Made by a program: the position numbers and the translations under genes. Under the pieces are notes generated by a model. The model was given only the letters and a program-made list of their open reading frames with translations, was not told the origin of the DNA and made no database searches. From contig CABYPG010000008.1 in NCBI GenBank assembly GCA_902520765.1, forward strand, positions 4,859 through 68,858: a stretch of DNA of 64,000 bases, given 5' to 3'. Numbering within the stretch: position 1 is the stretch's first letter; the number at the start of each line of letters is the position of its first letter. Source of the DNA: an uncultured Bacteroidota bacterium (GTDB lineage Bacteria > Bacteroidota > Bacteroidia > Flavobacteriales > Flavobacteriaceae). This document shows, piece by piece, positions 18,846 through 27,312 of the stretch.

Positions 18846-20120
18846 TTATTCTTCTCTTAGTGCATCTATAGGTTTCATGTTAACTGCTCTTTGAGCAGGA
18901 ATTAGTCCAATAAATGTTCCAAGAAAAATCATTAGAAATAGTGCTCCAAGGATATATGGAATTGGTACAGTTGGATTTGTATATGGGAGGTCAGTTAAAT
19001 CTTTTGTAGCAGAGCTAATACCAAATAAAACAAAAGCTCCTAAAATAATACCAAATATTCCAGCTACGAGTGTAAGAAAAACCGATTCCAAAATAATTTG
19101 ATTTCGTACCTCTGTAGGAGTAGCACCGAGAGCCCTTCTTACACCAAGTTCTTTCGTTCTTTCTTTTACTGAAATTAAAAGAATATTACCAATTCCAATT
19201 ACACCTGCCATTATAGTAGCTATGCCTACAATTAGCGACAAAAGTGTCATCCCTTTTGAAAATCCCATAATTTTATTAAAAATTTCTCCTAGATTAAACC
19301 CTCCAAACGCACGGTCATCTTTAGGAGAAACATTGTGTAATCTCTTTAAAGCTGCTTTTATTTTTTTTTCAACTAAAACCACATCAGCATCATCATATGC
19401 TGCTATCGTAAACCACATTACATCGTCACCAGTATTATATAGTCTTTTAAATGTTTCGAATGGAATAAAAATATCTCCATCAGTTTCAAATCCACCTCCA
19501 GGTATAAACTTGTGAACTCCAATTACTTGAAAATATATATCATCAATTTTTACATACTTCCCAATTGGATCTTCGTCTTTTTCAAATAATTCTGTTTTTG
19601 TTCTTTCGCCTATGACACATACTTTTCTTTTATATTTTATGTCTTCTTCATTTATAAAACGACCACCATTGAAGATTTTTTTGGTTGCAATTCTTGTATA
19701 ATCAGGAAAGTCACCATAAATATTATAGTTGCTTGATTTATTTTTTCTTACAACCAAAGGCGGACCACCCCAAAAAACACCCCTTGAGTTTCTTGGTGCT
19801 ATAAATTGTACCTCTGGAATTGTTTTTTTAATGTAATCCATATCTGAAAGTGTTAACTGTATATTCCTTCCTGTTTTAAACCCAGCATATGGTATACTCG
19901 TTCTTTCAGACCAAATAAACATTGAATTCATTGCTATATTTTCGAACTGACGCTCAAATCCATTATCTAGTCCTTTGGCAGCACCAGATAAAGTAATGTA
20001 GATAAATATTCCCCACAAAACTCCAATCACAGTGATGATAGTTCTTACTTTATTTTTTGATATTGATCCAAAAATTTCTTGCCAAGTATCCCTATCAAAA
20101 ATCACCTTTAAATTATTCAT
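18846..20120 (-). CDS. ABC transporter permease, MacB/FtsX type
   Basis: 424 aa with an N-terminal TM helix, a large periplasmic MacB_PCD-like domain and an FtsX 3-TM bundle containing KERTKELGVRRALGAT. Confidence 0.88.
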   Translation of the reverse strand: MNNLKVIFDRDTWQEIFGSISKNKVRTIITVIGVLWGIFIYITLSGAAKGLDNGFERQFENIAMNSMFIWSERTSIPYAGFKTGRNIQLTLSDMDYIKKTIPEVQFIAPRNSRGVFWGGPPLVVRKNKSSNYNIYGDFPDYTRIATKKIFNGGRFINEEDIKYKRKVCVIGERTKTELFEKDEDPIGKYVKIDDIYFQVIGVHKFIPGGGFETDGDIFIPFETFKRLYNTGDDVMWFTIAAYDDADVVLVEKKIKAALKRLHNVSPKDDRAFGGFNLGEIFNKIMGFSKGMTLLSLIVGIATIMAGVIGIGNILLISVKERTKELGVRRALGATPTEVRNQIILESVFLTLVAGIFGIILGAFVLFGISSATKDLTDLPYTNPTVPIPYILGALFLMIFLGTFIGLIPAQRAVNMKPIDALREE

Positions 20121-21342
20121 CTCTTAAAGCAATTATGGGTTTGATACTTGATGCCCTTTTTGCAGGAATATAACCGGCAATTGCACCAAAAATAATTAGT
20201 ACAACTGTTGCCATTAAAGCTGTTGAAATTTCAATAAAAGGATTTTTGATGAAATATTTGTCTAATTTTATTCCTATATTTTCAAGAACTAAAACTCCAA
20301 AAAATAGGCCTAAATAGCCAGATATTATTGTTATAAATACAGATTCCTGCAGAACCATTTTTATTACTGAATTAGGTGTAGCGCCTAAAGCTTTTCTTAT
20401 CCCTAATTCTTTAGTACGCTCTTTAACTACAAAAACCATAATATTTGAAATACCAATAATCCCCGCAATCAATGTCCCCAGACCAACAAAACTTACAATT
20501 AGCTGAAGTACTACAGCAAATTGTTGTGTTTCTCTTAAATCGTCTGCTATATTTCTTATGTAAAAACCATTTGGATCCTCAGGAGATACCGTCTTTTTTT
20601 CTTTAAAATACTTTTTAAGTCCGTTTTCTAAGCCCATTGCTCCGAGGTAGCCAAGTTCTTTTCTATATGTAAGTATAATTTGATCTACTTTATCATTACT
20701 TTTTTCAATTAGCTGTCTAGTTGTATAGGGTATATAAATGTTTCTTTCTTCATTATCTCCACCATCATCCTGAAAAATTCCAACAACTTTGAATGCTGAA
20801 GAACCTAAATTTATGTATTTCCCTATTGCTTCCTCAGACTTAAATAAATCTTTAGCAACCATTCTTCCAATTACTGCAACTTTAGTTTTACTAATTAAAT
20901 CGGATTGATTAATGTACCTTCCTTCCATCAATATTGTTTTTTCAACAAACTGATGTCCAGGGGCAACCCCTCGAGTGCTGTAATTGTTGCTGTTGTTTTT
21001 GTATTTAGTCAGTGCATTTCTAGTTATTCTTGGTGTTAAGTGTTCTAAATAAAATGAAAAGTTTTCTTTTATGTCGCTTAAATCACCATTTTTAAATTCA
21101 ATACGCCTATTTGCCTTAAAGCCTTTATAGGGTTTTGAAGTTTTTCCAGGATATAAGAAAATGGCATTACTGGCATCATCTAAAAAAAATTCTTGAAAAG
21201 TATTCTTAAGGCCATTACCGAGGCCAAAAAGAATAATAAAAATGAATATACCTAAGGAAACTGTAAAACCAGATAGAAAAGTCCTTAGCTTATTTTTACC
21301 TATCGTTTCAAAAATTTCTGTCCATCGATCTCTATTAAACAT
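20113..21342 (-). CDS. ABC transporter permease, MacB/FtsX type (paralogue)
   Basis: 409 aa with the same architecture (KERTKELGIRKALGAT). It overlaps both neighbouring genes by 8 nt. Confidence 0.88.
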   Translation of the reverse strand: MFNRDRWTEIFETIGKNKLRTFLSGFTVSLGIFIFIILFGLGNGLKNTFQEFFLDDASNAIFLYPGKTSKPYKGFKANRRIEFKNGDLSDIKENFSFYLEHLTPRITRNALTKYKNNSNNYSTRGVAPGHQFVEKTILMEGRYINQSDLISKTKVAVIGRMVAKDLFKSEEAIGKYINLGSSAFKVVGIFQDDGGDNEERNIYIPYTTRQLIEKSNDKVDQIILTYRKELGYLGAMGLENGLKKYFKEKKTVSPEDPNGFYIRNIADDLRETQQFAVVLQLIVSFVGLGTLIAGIIGISNIMVFVVKERTKELGIRKALGATPNSVIKMVLQESVFITIISGYLGLFFGVLVLENIGIKLDKYFIKNPFIEISTALMATVVLIIFGAIAGYIPAKRASSIKPIIALRDE

Positions 21343-22036
21343 AAGATGAGGCTTTTACCTGATTAACTTCAGAATCTTCGACTATAACTCCGTCTTTAAG
21401 TTTCACAATTCTTTTACACATTTTTGCAATCTCTATCTCGTGAGTTACAACTAATATTGTCTTACCCTCTTCATTAATTTTTTGAATCAAGTCCATTACA
21501 TCGCATGATGTCTTAGTATCTAGAGCTCCTGTTGGTTCGTCTGCTAAAAGAACTTTTGGTTTTGAAGCCATAGCTCTAGCTATAGCTACCCTTTGCTTTT
21601 GACCTCCAGAAAGTTCACTAGGCAAATGTGTTGCCCATTTCTTTAAACCTACACGTTCTAAATAATCTGCAGCTATTTGCTGTCTTTCTTTTCTTGAAAT
21701 TCCTTGATAATATAGTGGTAACGAAACGTTTTCTATAGCAGTTTTATAATTTATCAAATTGAACGACTGAAATATAAATCCAAGAAACTTGTTCCTATAT
21801 TTTGCTGCTTTGGTCTCATTTAAATTTTCAATCTTGAAACTATCTAAAATATAATCGCCTTTGTCGGCTGTATCTAGCATGCCTAAAATATTAAGCAACG
21901 TTGATTTACCAGATCCAGAAGATCCCATAATTGCAACTAGTTCACCATCCTCTACACTTAGATTAATCCCCTTAAGAACATGCAATGAGGAGGAACCCAT
22001 TTTATATGATTTGTGAAGATTTTTTAATTTAATCAT
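21335..22036 (-). CDS. ABC transporter ATP-binding protein (MacB/LolD-like)
   Basis: Walker A GSSGSGKST, signature LSGGQKQRVAIARA and Walker B LLADEPTGALD. ATG 22036 (MIKLKNLHKSY) is preferred over TTG 22045. Confidence 0.92.
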   Translation of the reverse strand: MIKLKNLHKSYKMGSSSLHVLKGINLSVEDGELVAIMGSSGSGKSTLLNILGMLDTADKGDYILDSFKIENLNETKAAKYRNKFLGFIFQSFNLINYKTAIENVSLPLYYQGISRKERQQIAADYLERVGLKKWATHLPSELSGGQKQRVAIARAMASKPKVLLADEPTGALDTKTSCDVMDLIQKINEEGKTILVVTHEIEIAKMCKRIVKLKDGVIVEDSEVNQVKASSYV

Positions 22037-22179
22037 ATAAGACAATTTACAGTTCTTAAATTTGATTATTTGGCAAAGGTGGTGTAAAATTACGGTTTAG
22101 AGCTAAAATTTCGATTAAAAATTTGTTAAGTTTCAACTCTTTTTAGTGAAATATTTTCTATTTGAATTTTAGAATATAA

Positions 22180-22407
22180 TTATTTTTTCTTTAAAATCTT
22201 GTATATTTTCCAACCTGCTAACCCAACTAAGAAATAAGGAATTGCCATCAAATACAAAATTCCACTATTTATCCCTTTGGCTGTAGATTGCCCTTCTTCA
22301 GACTCAAGTACAGCTCTACACATTGAACACTGACTGTAGGTATCAGAGCTAAGAATAATTAGAGAAAATGTTAATAATATAGAAAAAGGTATATTTATTT
22401 TAAACAT
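22180..22407 (-). CDS. Small membrane protein with CxxC motif (hypothetical)
   Basis: 75 aa with a signal-like N-terminus, the QCSMCRAVLESEEG segment, a C-terminal TM helix and a KKK tail. The ATG overlaps the DUF420 stop by 8 nt. Confidence 0.6.
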   Translation of the reverse strand: MFKINIPFSILLTFSLIILSSDTYSQCSMCRAVLESEEGQSTAKGINSGILYLMAIPYFLVGLAGWKIYKILKKK

Positions 22408-22933
22408 AGTAAGGTGAAATCATTAAATATACTATAACACCTGTAACAGCTATGTACATCCAAATAGGAAAAGTATATCTCGCAATTTTTTTATGATTTT
22501 CAAAAAAATTTGATATCGCACGAACATAGGTAACTAATACCATTGGTATAATACCTATTGAAAGTAAAATATGTGTAATAAGAATAAAATAATATATTGG
22601 TCTTAAGATACCTTGTCCACCATAAGGTGTAGGGTCAGAAGTCATATGATATGCAACATACATGGTAAGAAAAACAACAGATAAGGATATTGCTATTTTC
22701 ATAAGCCTTTCGTGGAGAATCATTCTTTTCTTTTTAATTGCTACATAAGCAAAAACAAGGACCAAAGCAGTGATTGCGTTAATGGTAGCATAAGTAGGAG
22801 GAAGGAAAGTAAGTGGCTTTACATTAGGAATTTTAATCATAAAAAGAATCACAACTACTATCGGAATAGCAATCGATAATATCCAAACCCAAGGGGTATA
22901 TTTTTTTGTAATTATTTCACCTCTTTTATTCAT
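22400..22933 (-). CDS. DUF420 (CtaM-like) membrane protein
   Basis: 177 aa with four TM helices and conserved His-containing helices (VAYHMT, LITHILLS). It sits in the oxidase accessory cluster. Confidence 0.8.
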   Translation of the reverse strand: MNKRGEIITKKYTPWVWILSIAIPIVVVILFMIKIPNVKPLTFLPPTYATINAITALVLVFAYVAIKKKRMILHERLMKIAISLSVVFLTMYVAYHMTSDPTPYGGQGILRPIYYFILITHILLSIGIIPMVLVTYVRAISNFFENHKKIARYTFPIWMYIAVTGVIVYLMISPYYV

Positions 22934-22936
22934 TTC

Positions 22937-23632
22937 CTATTCTTTTAACAACTTTTCTATGTCTTCAATAAGTAGATCCACCTCTTGATGTTTTACATTT
23001 TCTTGGTCAACTCCCATATAATATACTATGGGATTACCAAATTTATCGGAGCGTGAGCGGATAAAACCCTTTTTATCAATCAACGCAAAATATCCCTGAT
23101 GTTCAAAACCACCCGCAACTTTTGAATTTACAGACGCAAATATATTAAATCCTTCGTTTGCAAGAGAATATATATTTTCCTTTTCACCTGTGAGAAAATG
23201 CCAATTTTGTGAAAAAACATTATAAGATTCTGCATAATTTTTTAAAACTTGGGGTGTATCATATGTTGGATCAATTGTAAAAGATGCAATCCCGAAATTT
23301 TCTTTGTTTCCAAACTTATTTTCAATTTTTTTCATGTTTTTATTCATGACAGGACAAATGGTTGGACATGATGAAAAGAAAAATTCAACAACGTAAACTT
23401 TATCTTTAAAATCTTCATTTGATATAATTAAGCTGTCTTGGTTAAAAAATGTAAAATCAGGGACCTTTTTAGCCTCACCATTTAAAAAAATGAATTGAAG
23501 GGGTACTGCAGAAGTTGATCGATTATGATCTACAACTTTATTATAAATAATTCTGTTGAAGATTTTTGGAATAAATAAAATTCCAAAAATTATAATAATT
23601 AAAAAAAGTCCAATACTTTTTAACTTTTTCAT
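22937..23632 (-). CDS. SCO family copper chaperone / thiol-disulfide oxidoreductase
   Basis: 231 aa with an N-terminal anchor, the CPTICP (CxxxC) motif and a downstream FEHQG His. Confidence 0.88.
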   Translation of the reverse strand: MKKLKSIGLFLIIIIFGILFIPKIFNRIIYNKVVDHNRSTSAVPLQFIFLNGEAKKVPDFTFFNQDSLIISNEDFKDKVYVVEFFFSSCPTICPVMNKNMKKIENKFGNKENFGIASFTIDPTYDTPQVLKNYAESYNVFSQNWHFLTGEKENIYSLANEGFNIFASVNSKVAGGFEHQGYFALIDKKGFIRSRSDKFGNPIVYYMGVDQENVKHQEVDLLIEDIEKLLKE

Positions 23633-24285
23633 TTATCTCTTTCAGAATTATAAATTTTAAGTGCCAATCGATATTCAGCAAGGATCACCTTTACATCGTC
23701 AATCATTTTTTTATTTATTTGCGCTACAGATCGAGCATCAAATGCATATAACATCCCTGAATCTTCATCATCGTTTCTTCCCCTTAGACTCAAATCTTTA
23801 TCAATAATAAATACATATGGTGTATTGCCTGATTCATCTAATAAAAAAGGAGTTTTTAGTGAGCTAAAATGAATTTTCATGTTTTCTGCAGTCGTATGTA
23901 AAAAATTCCACCTTGAAATATCAGTCCCTACTCCTTTTACAAGTTCGTTTTTCAATTCTTGAACCTGTTTAATTTGAAAAGTGTCTACAAAAAAAACAAA
24001 CTGAAAGTCATCGAATTGGTAAAACCTTTTATAAATTTTTTCGTTTAAATTAAGTGCCTCAGCCTTTTTATTTTTTAAATCACCACCCCAGTAACCTAGA
24101 ATTGTAATCTTGTTTTTTAATTTTATTTTTTCCCCTAAATAACCTATAGGTAATTCATTTACTTTCTCTGTTAGAATTGGAAGCTTTGCGAAGTTATTCT
24201 TCCCAGAAGCAAAGAACAAATAAACCAATAGTGGGAATATGAACAGTATCCCTAAAACAAGTTTTTTATTTAAATCCTTAGTCAT
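23629..24285 (-). CDS. Hypothetical membrane-anchored protein, SCO/thioredoxin-like fold without cysteines
   Basis: 218 aa with an N-terminal anchor. It aligns by eye in blocks to the adjacent SCO protein, but GGDLKNKK replaces CPTICP. It overlaps the SCO start by 4 nt. Confidence 0.6.
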   Translation of the reverse strand: MTKDLNKKLVLGILFIFPLLVYLFFASGKNNFAKLPILTEKVNELPIGYLGEKIKLKNKITILGYWGGDLKNKKAEALNLNEKIYKRFYQFDDFQFVFFVDTFQIKQVQELKNELVKGVGTDISRWNFLHTTAENMKIHFSSLKTPFLLDESGNTPYVFIIDKDLSLRGRNDDEDSGMLYAFDARSVAQINKKMIDDVKVILAEYRLALKIYNSERDK

Positions 24286-24351
24286 AAAAGTTTACTCACT
24301 ATGAATGAATAGTAATAATTAGTTGAACTATATTTTAAAGATTATCCTAGG

Positions 24352-24735
24352 TTAGAAATTCCAGGAAACAAATCCAATATCCATAACATCAAAAATATAA
24401 TCTGCCTCTAGTATGAGAATAAATATAAGATATGGAATCAAAATGACTAATGGCAAGACTATTGAATTTTTTAAACCACTTCGTTCATCACGAATATGCA
24501 TAAAGTCCCATGCGATATAATATGCTTTTACGATTGTTAGTAAAATAAAAATCCAGTTAAGAAGTTTCATTCTCAGAAAACTTGTCATGAGAACTTCTGG
24601 CTTTAATATTCCTAGTCCTACTTCGATAGTTGTAACTATAGATAGAAAAATTAAAACTCCCCAAATCTTTTGTTGGTTAGATTTGAATTTTAATAGTCCT
24701 CTAAAAATTGCTAGTTTATGCTGTCCTTCTGCCAT
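24352..24735 (-). CDS. Cytochrome c oxidase subunit IV family protein
   Basis: 127 aa from ATG 24735 (MAEGQHKLAIF...) with three TM helices. This start leaves a 10-nt spacer after the subunit III stop, whereas the ORF-track start 24774 would overlap it. Confidence 0.75.
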   Translation of the reverse strand: MAEGQHKLAIFRGLLKFKSNQQKIWGVLIFLSIVTTIEVGLGILKPEVLMTSFLRMKLLNWIFILLTIVKAYYIAWDFMHIRDERSGLKNSIVLPLVILIPYLIFILILEADYIFDVMDIGFVSWNF

Positions 24736-24745
24736 AATAATTATA

Positions 24746-25732
24746 TTAAACGAGATAGAAAAATGTAAATACAAAAACCCATACTAGGTCTACAAAATGC
24801 CAATATAATCCTACTTTCTCAACCATTTCGTAGTGACCTCTTTTCTCATATGTTCCCAGTATAACATTAAAAAATATAATGATATTTATAACGACTCCTG
24901 AAAATACATGAAAACCATGAAAACCAGTTATAAAGAAAAAGAAGTCAGCGAATAATCTGTTCCCATACTCATTATGAATCAAATTTGCCCCTTCAACAAC
25001 TCCTATTGCATCATCTATCTTATAAATTGCTTCATCTCTAGAAAGCAAAGTTTTTTGACCATTTTCAGAAATCTGTTCTGTTCTAATCGTAAGATTAGGG
25101 TTAGCTATAAAACCCTTTTTAACCTCTTCCAAGGTAATTTTTGGGAGTATTTTTTCGTTCTGATACCATACGCCAATATTTGAATTGTGGGTTTCACGTT
25201 CTGAATTAATTCCAATTGCAAAATCTTTGATAGATATGCGCTTATCGTTTTCTAAATTAACGAATTGAAGTATTTGGCCTCCTTTTGTCTCTAATGCACC
25301 GTATTCACCTTTTATAAAATTCTTCCATTCCCAGGCCTGTGATCCAACAAAAATTGCTCCACCAATGATGGTCAATAACATATAAAAGGTAACTTTAGAC
25401 TTATCCATATGATGGCCAGCGTCAACAGCAAGCACCATAGTGACAGATGAAAAGATTAAAATAAATGTCATTAAAGCGACATAATACATAGGGGCGTCAA
25501 TACCATGTAAAAATGGGAAATGAGTGAAAACCTCGTCAGCAATTGGCCATGAGTTTATATTTTTAAATCTTGAAAAACCGTAAGAAACTAGGAACCCGGT
25601 AAATGTCAACGCATCTGAAACAATAAAAAACCACATCATTATTTTACCATAGCTCGCGCTAAAAGGCTTTGCTCCACCACCCCAAAGTTCCCTCTCGTCG
25701 ACTTGTGTGTTTGTAGTTACTTCCATATGCAT
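24746..25732 (-). CDS. Cytochrome c oxidase subunit III (with large hydrophilic insertion)
   Basis: 328 aa with the C-terminal signature GLYWHFVDLVWVFVF. An approximately 120-residue hydrophilic insert lies between the TM segments. Confidence 0.85.
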   Translation of the reverse strand: MHMEVTTNTQVDERELWGGGAKPFSASYGKIMMWFFIVSDALTFTGFLVSYGFSRFKNINSWPIADEVFTHFPFLHGIDAPMYYVALMTFILIFSSVTMVLAVDAGHHMDKSKVTFYMLLTIIGGAIFVGSQAWEWKNFIKGEYGALETKGGQILQFVNLENDKRISIKDFAIGINSERETHNSNIGVWYQNEKILPKITLEEVKKGFIANPNLTIRTEQISENGQKTLLSRDEAIYKIDDAIGVVEGANLIHNEYGNRLFADFFFFITGFHGFHVFSGVVINIIIFFNVILGTYEKRGHYEMVEKVGLYWHFVDLVWVFVFTFFYLV

Positions 25733-25763
25733 TAAGTCAAATCCGATATAAATTTATTAAATT

Positions 25764-26339
25764 TTAACCATAGAATGAAACGAATAAATATAAATATAGC
25801 CATAGTATATCGAGAAAATGCCAGAAAGTTAAGGCCAGTTCAAATCCTAATGTATTCCCATTAAAATAAACTCCCTTAAAACTATTAATTAAAACATATA
25901 AAACAATAATAATCCCTGCACCAAGGTGAGCCATATGTAACAAAACTAATATATACAAGTAAGATGTCGTAATTGAACTTTCAGGTCCTGTGAAATAATA
26001 TCCTGTGTCTATTATCCCATTAAAGCCCTGTATTTGAAAAAAAATAAATGCAAACGCTAATAATAGAGTTATAAGAAGTAATAATTGGGTTATTTTTAAA
26101 TTTTTCATTTTTAGCATTTTAAATGCCAAAAAAAAAGTAAGACTACTTAAAATAATTATTAGAGAACTGATAGTGAAATCAAAAGGGAGGTCAATTTGTT
26201 GTATCCAATCTGCTCGTGAGCTACTCACTACATATGCACTTGTAAGACCAGCAAAAGTCATACTCATACTTATCATACCAAGCCAAAGCATCATTTTTTT
26301 AGCTTTATTAGACTTTAATAATACCGAGTCATTATTCAT
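25764..26339 (-). CDS. Cytochrome oxidase subunit III family protein (short form)
   Basis: 191 aa with five TM helices and the signature TFWHFLDILWLYLYLFV. Confidence 0.8.
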   Translation of the reverse strand: MNNDSVLLKSNKAKKMMLWLGMISMSMTFAGLTSAYVVSSSRADWIQQIDLPFDFTISSLIIILSSLTFFLAFKMLKMKNLKITQLLLLITLLLAFAFIFFQIQGFNGIIDTGYYFTGPESSITTSYLYILVLLHMAHLGAGIIIVLYVLINSFKGVYFNGNTLGFELALTFWHFLDILWLYLYLFVSFYG

Positions 26340-27238
26340 TGAAATAATAATTTATCTAGCACATAAACAATTTGTACTCCTGTTATATAAAAAATACTTG
26401 ATTTGATTAAAAGACTTGCCGATTTATCGGTTTTTGACAACATTAAATTTACAGCAAAATAGAAAAACATTATTCCTAATAGTAATATAAGTACTGAGGC
26501 TACTTGAGTTAAGTAAAGCGACCCAGTAAATTTGAATGAAGGTATAAGAGAAATTAAGATTGTCCAAAGTGTGTAAAAGACAACTTGAAAAGCTGTACTT
26601 TGATCTTTTGATCCAGAAGGTAACATTTTAAAACCTGCAGATTCGTACTGATCATGCATGAGCCATCCTATTGCCCAAAAGTGAGGAAATTGCCAAAAAA
26701 ACTGCAACATAAATAATAGTCCAGGTTCAATGCCAAACTTATTAGTAGCAGCTACCCATCCTAACATAAATGGTATCGCTCCTGGGAATGCACCCACAAA
26801 AACTGATAGTGGTGTTTTTTGTTTAAGGGGGGTATATAGGCATGCATACAAAAATGTGGAGATGCTTGCAAAAAAGGCAGTTTTTAGGTTTATTAAATAA
26901 AGACAAACAACTCCGATCAGAGTTAACATAACTCCTATATACATCGCTGTCTTAGGTTGAATTCTCTCACCGGGAAGTGGCCTATTTTGTGTCCTTAACA
27001 TCTTCTTGTCCAAGTCTTTTTCAAATATTTGGTTAAAAACATTTGAGGCTCCAACCATAGAAAAACCTCCAATTATAAGCAAAACCAATGAGGAGTAGTT
27101 AATTTCCTCAGCAGCTAAAAAATAACCTGCAATTGAAGATAAGACTATTGAGATTGACAGCCTTAGTTTTGTAAGCTGAGAAAAATCAATTAAGTTTTGG
27201 TATCGTGAGTTTATTGAAATGGTTTTATAAAGAGGCAT
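26336..27238 (-). CDS. cyoE: Protohaem IX farnesyltransferase (haem O synthase)
   Basis: 300 aa UbiA-type prenyltransferase with the NQIFEKDLDKKMLRTQNRPLP motif and multiple TM helices. Confidence 0.9.
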   Translation of the reverse strand: MPLYKTISINSRYQNLIDFSQLTKLRLSISIVLSSIAGYFLAAEEINYSSLVLLIIGGFSMVGASNVFNQIFEKDLDKKMLRTQNRPLPGERIQPKTAMYIGVMLTLIGVVCLYLINLKTAFFASISTFLYACLYTPLKQKTPLSVFVGAFPGAIPFMLGWVAATNKFGIEPGLLFMLQFFWQFPHFWAIGWLMHDQYESAGFKMLPSGSKDQSTAFQVVFYTLWTILISLIPSFKFTGSLYLTQVASVLILLLGIMFFYFAVNLMLSKTDKSASLLIKSSIFYITGVQIVYVLDKLLFQ

Positions 27239-27259
27239 CAGACATCATCATTCAACAAG

Positions 27260-27267
27260 CAAATATA
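27260..27267 (-). promoter_or_regulatory. Candidate -7 promoter box (TATATTTG) for the cyoE/oxidase accessory cluster
   Basis: Exact TAnnTTTG match on the minus strand, 21 nt upstream of ATG 27238. Confidence 0.35.
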
Positions 27268-27312
27268 GTACAGAATAAGTCATTGAGCAATGATTTTATC
27301 TCCAGATAAATT

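Noticed and set aside
18846-22036. Tandem MacB-type permeases with a single ATPase, considered as a possible novel system.
   Set aside because: This ATPase/two-FtsX-permease/HlyD/TolC arrangement is, to my knowledge, a common Bacteroidetes efflux operon. Only its juxtaposition with the PhyH-SDR pair is reported.
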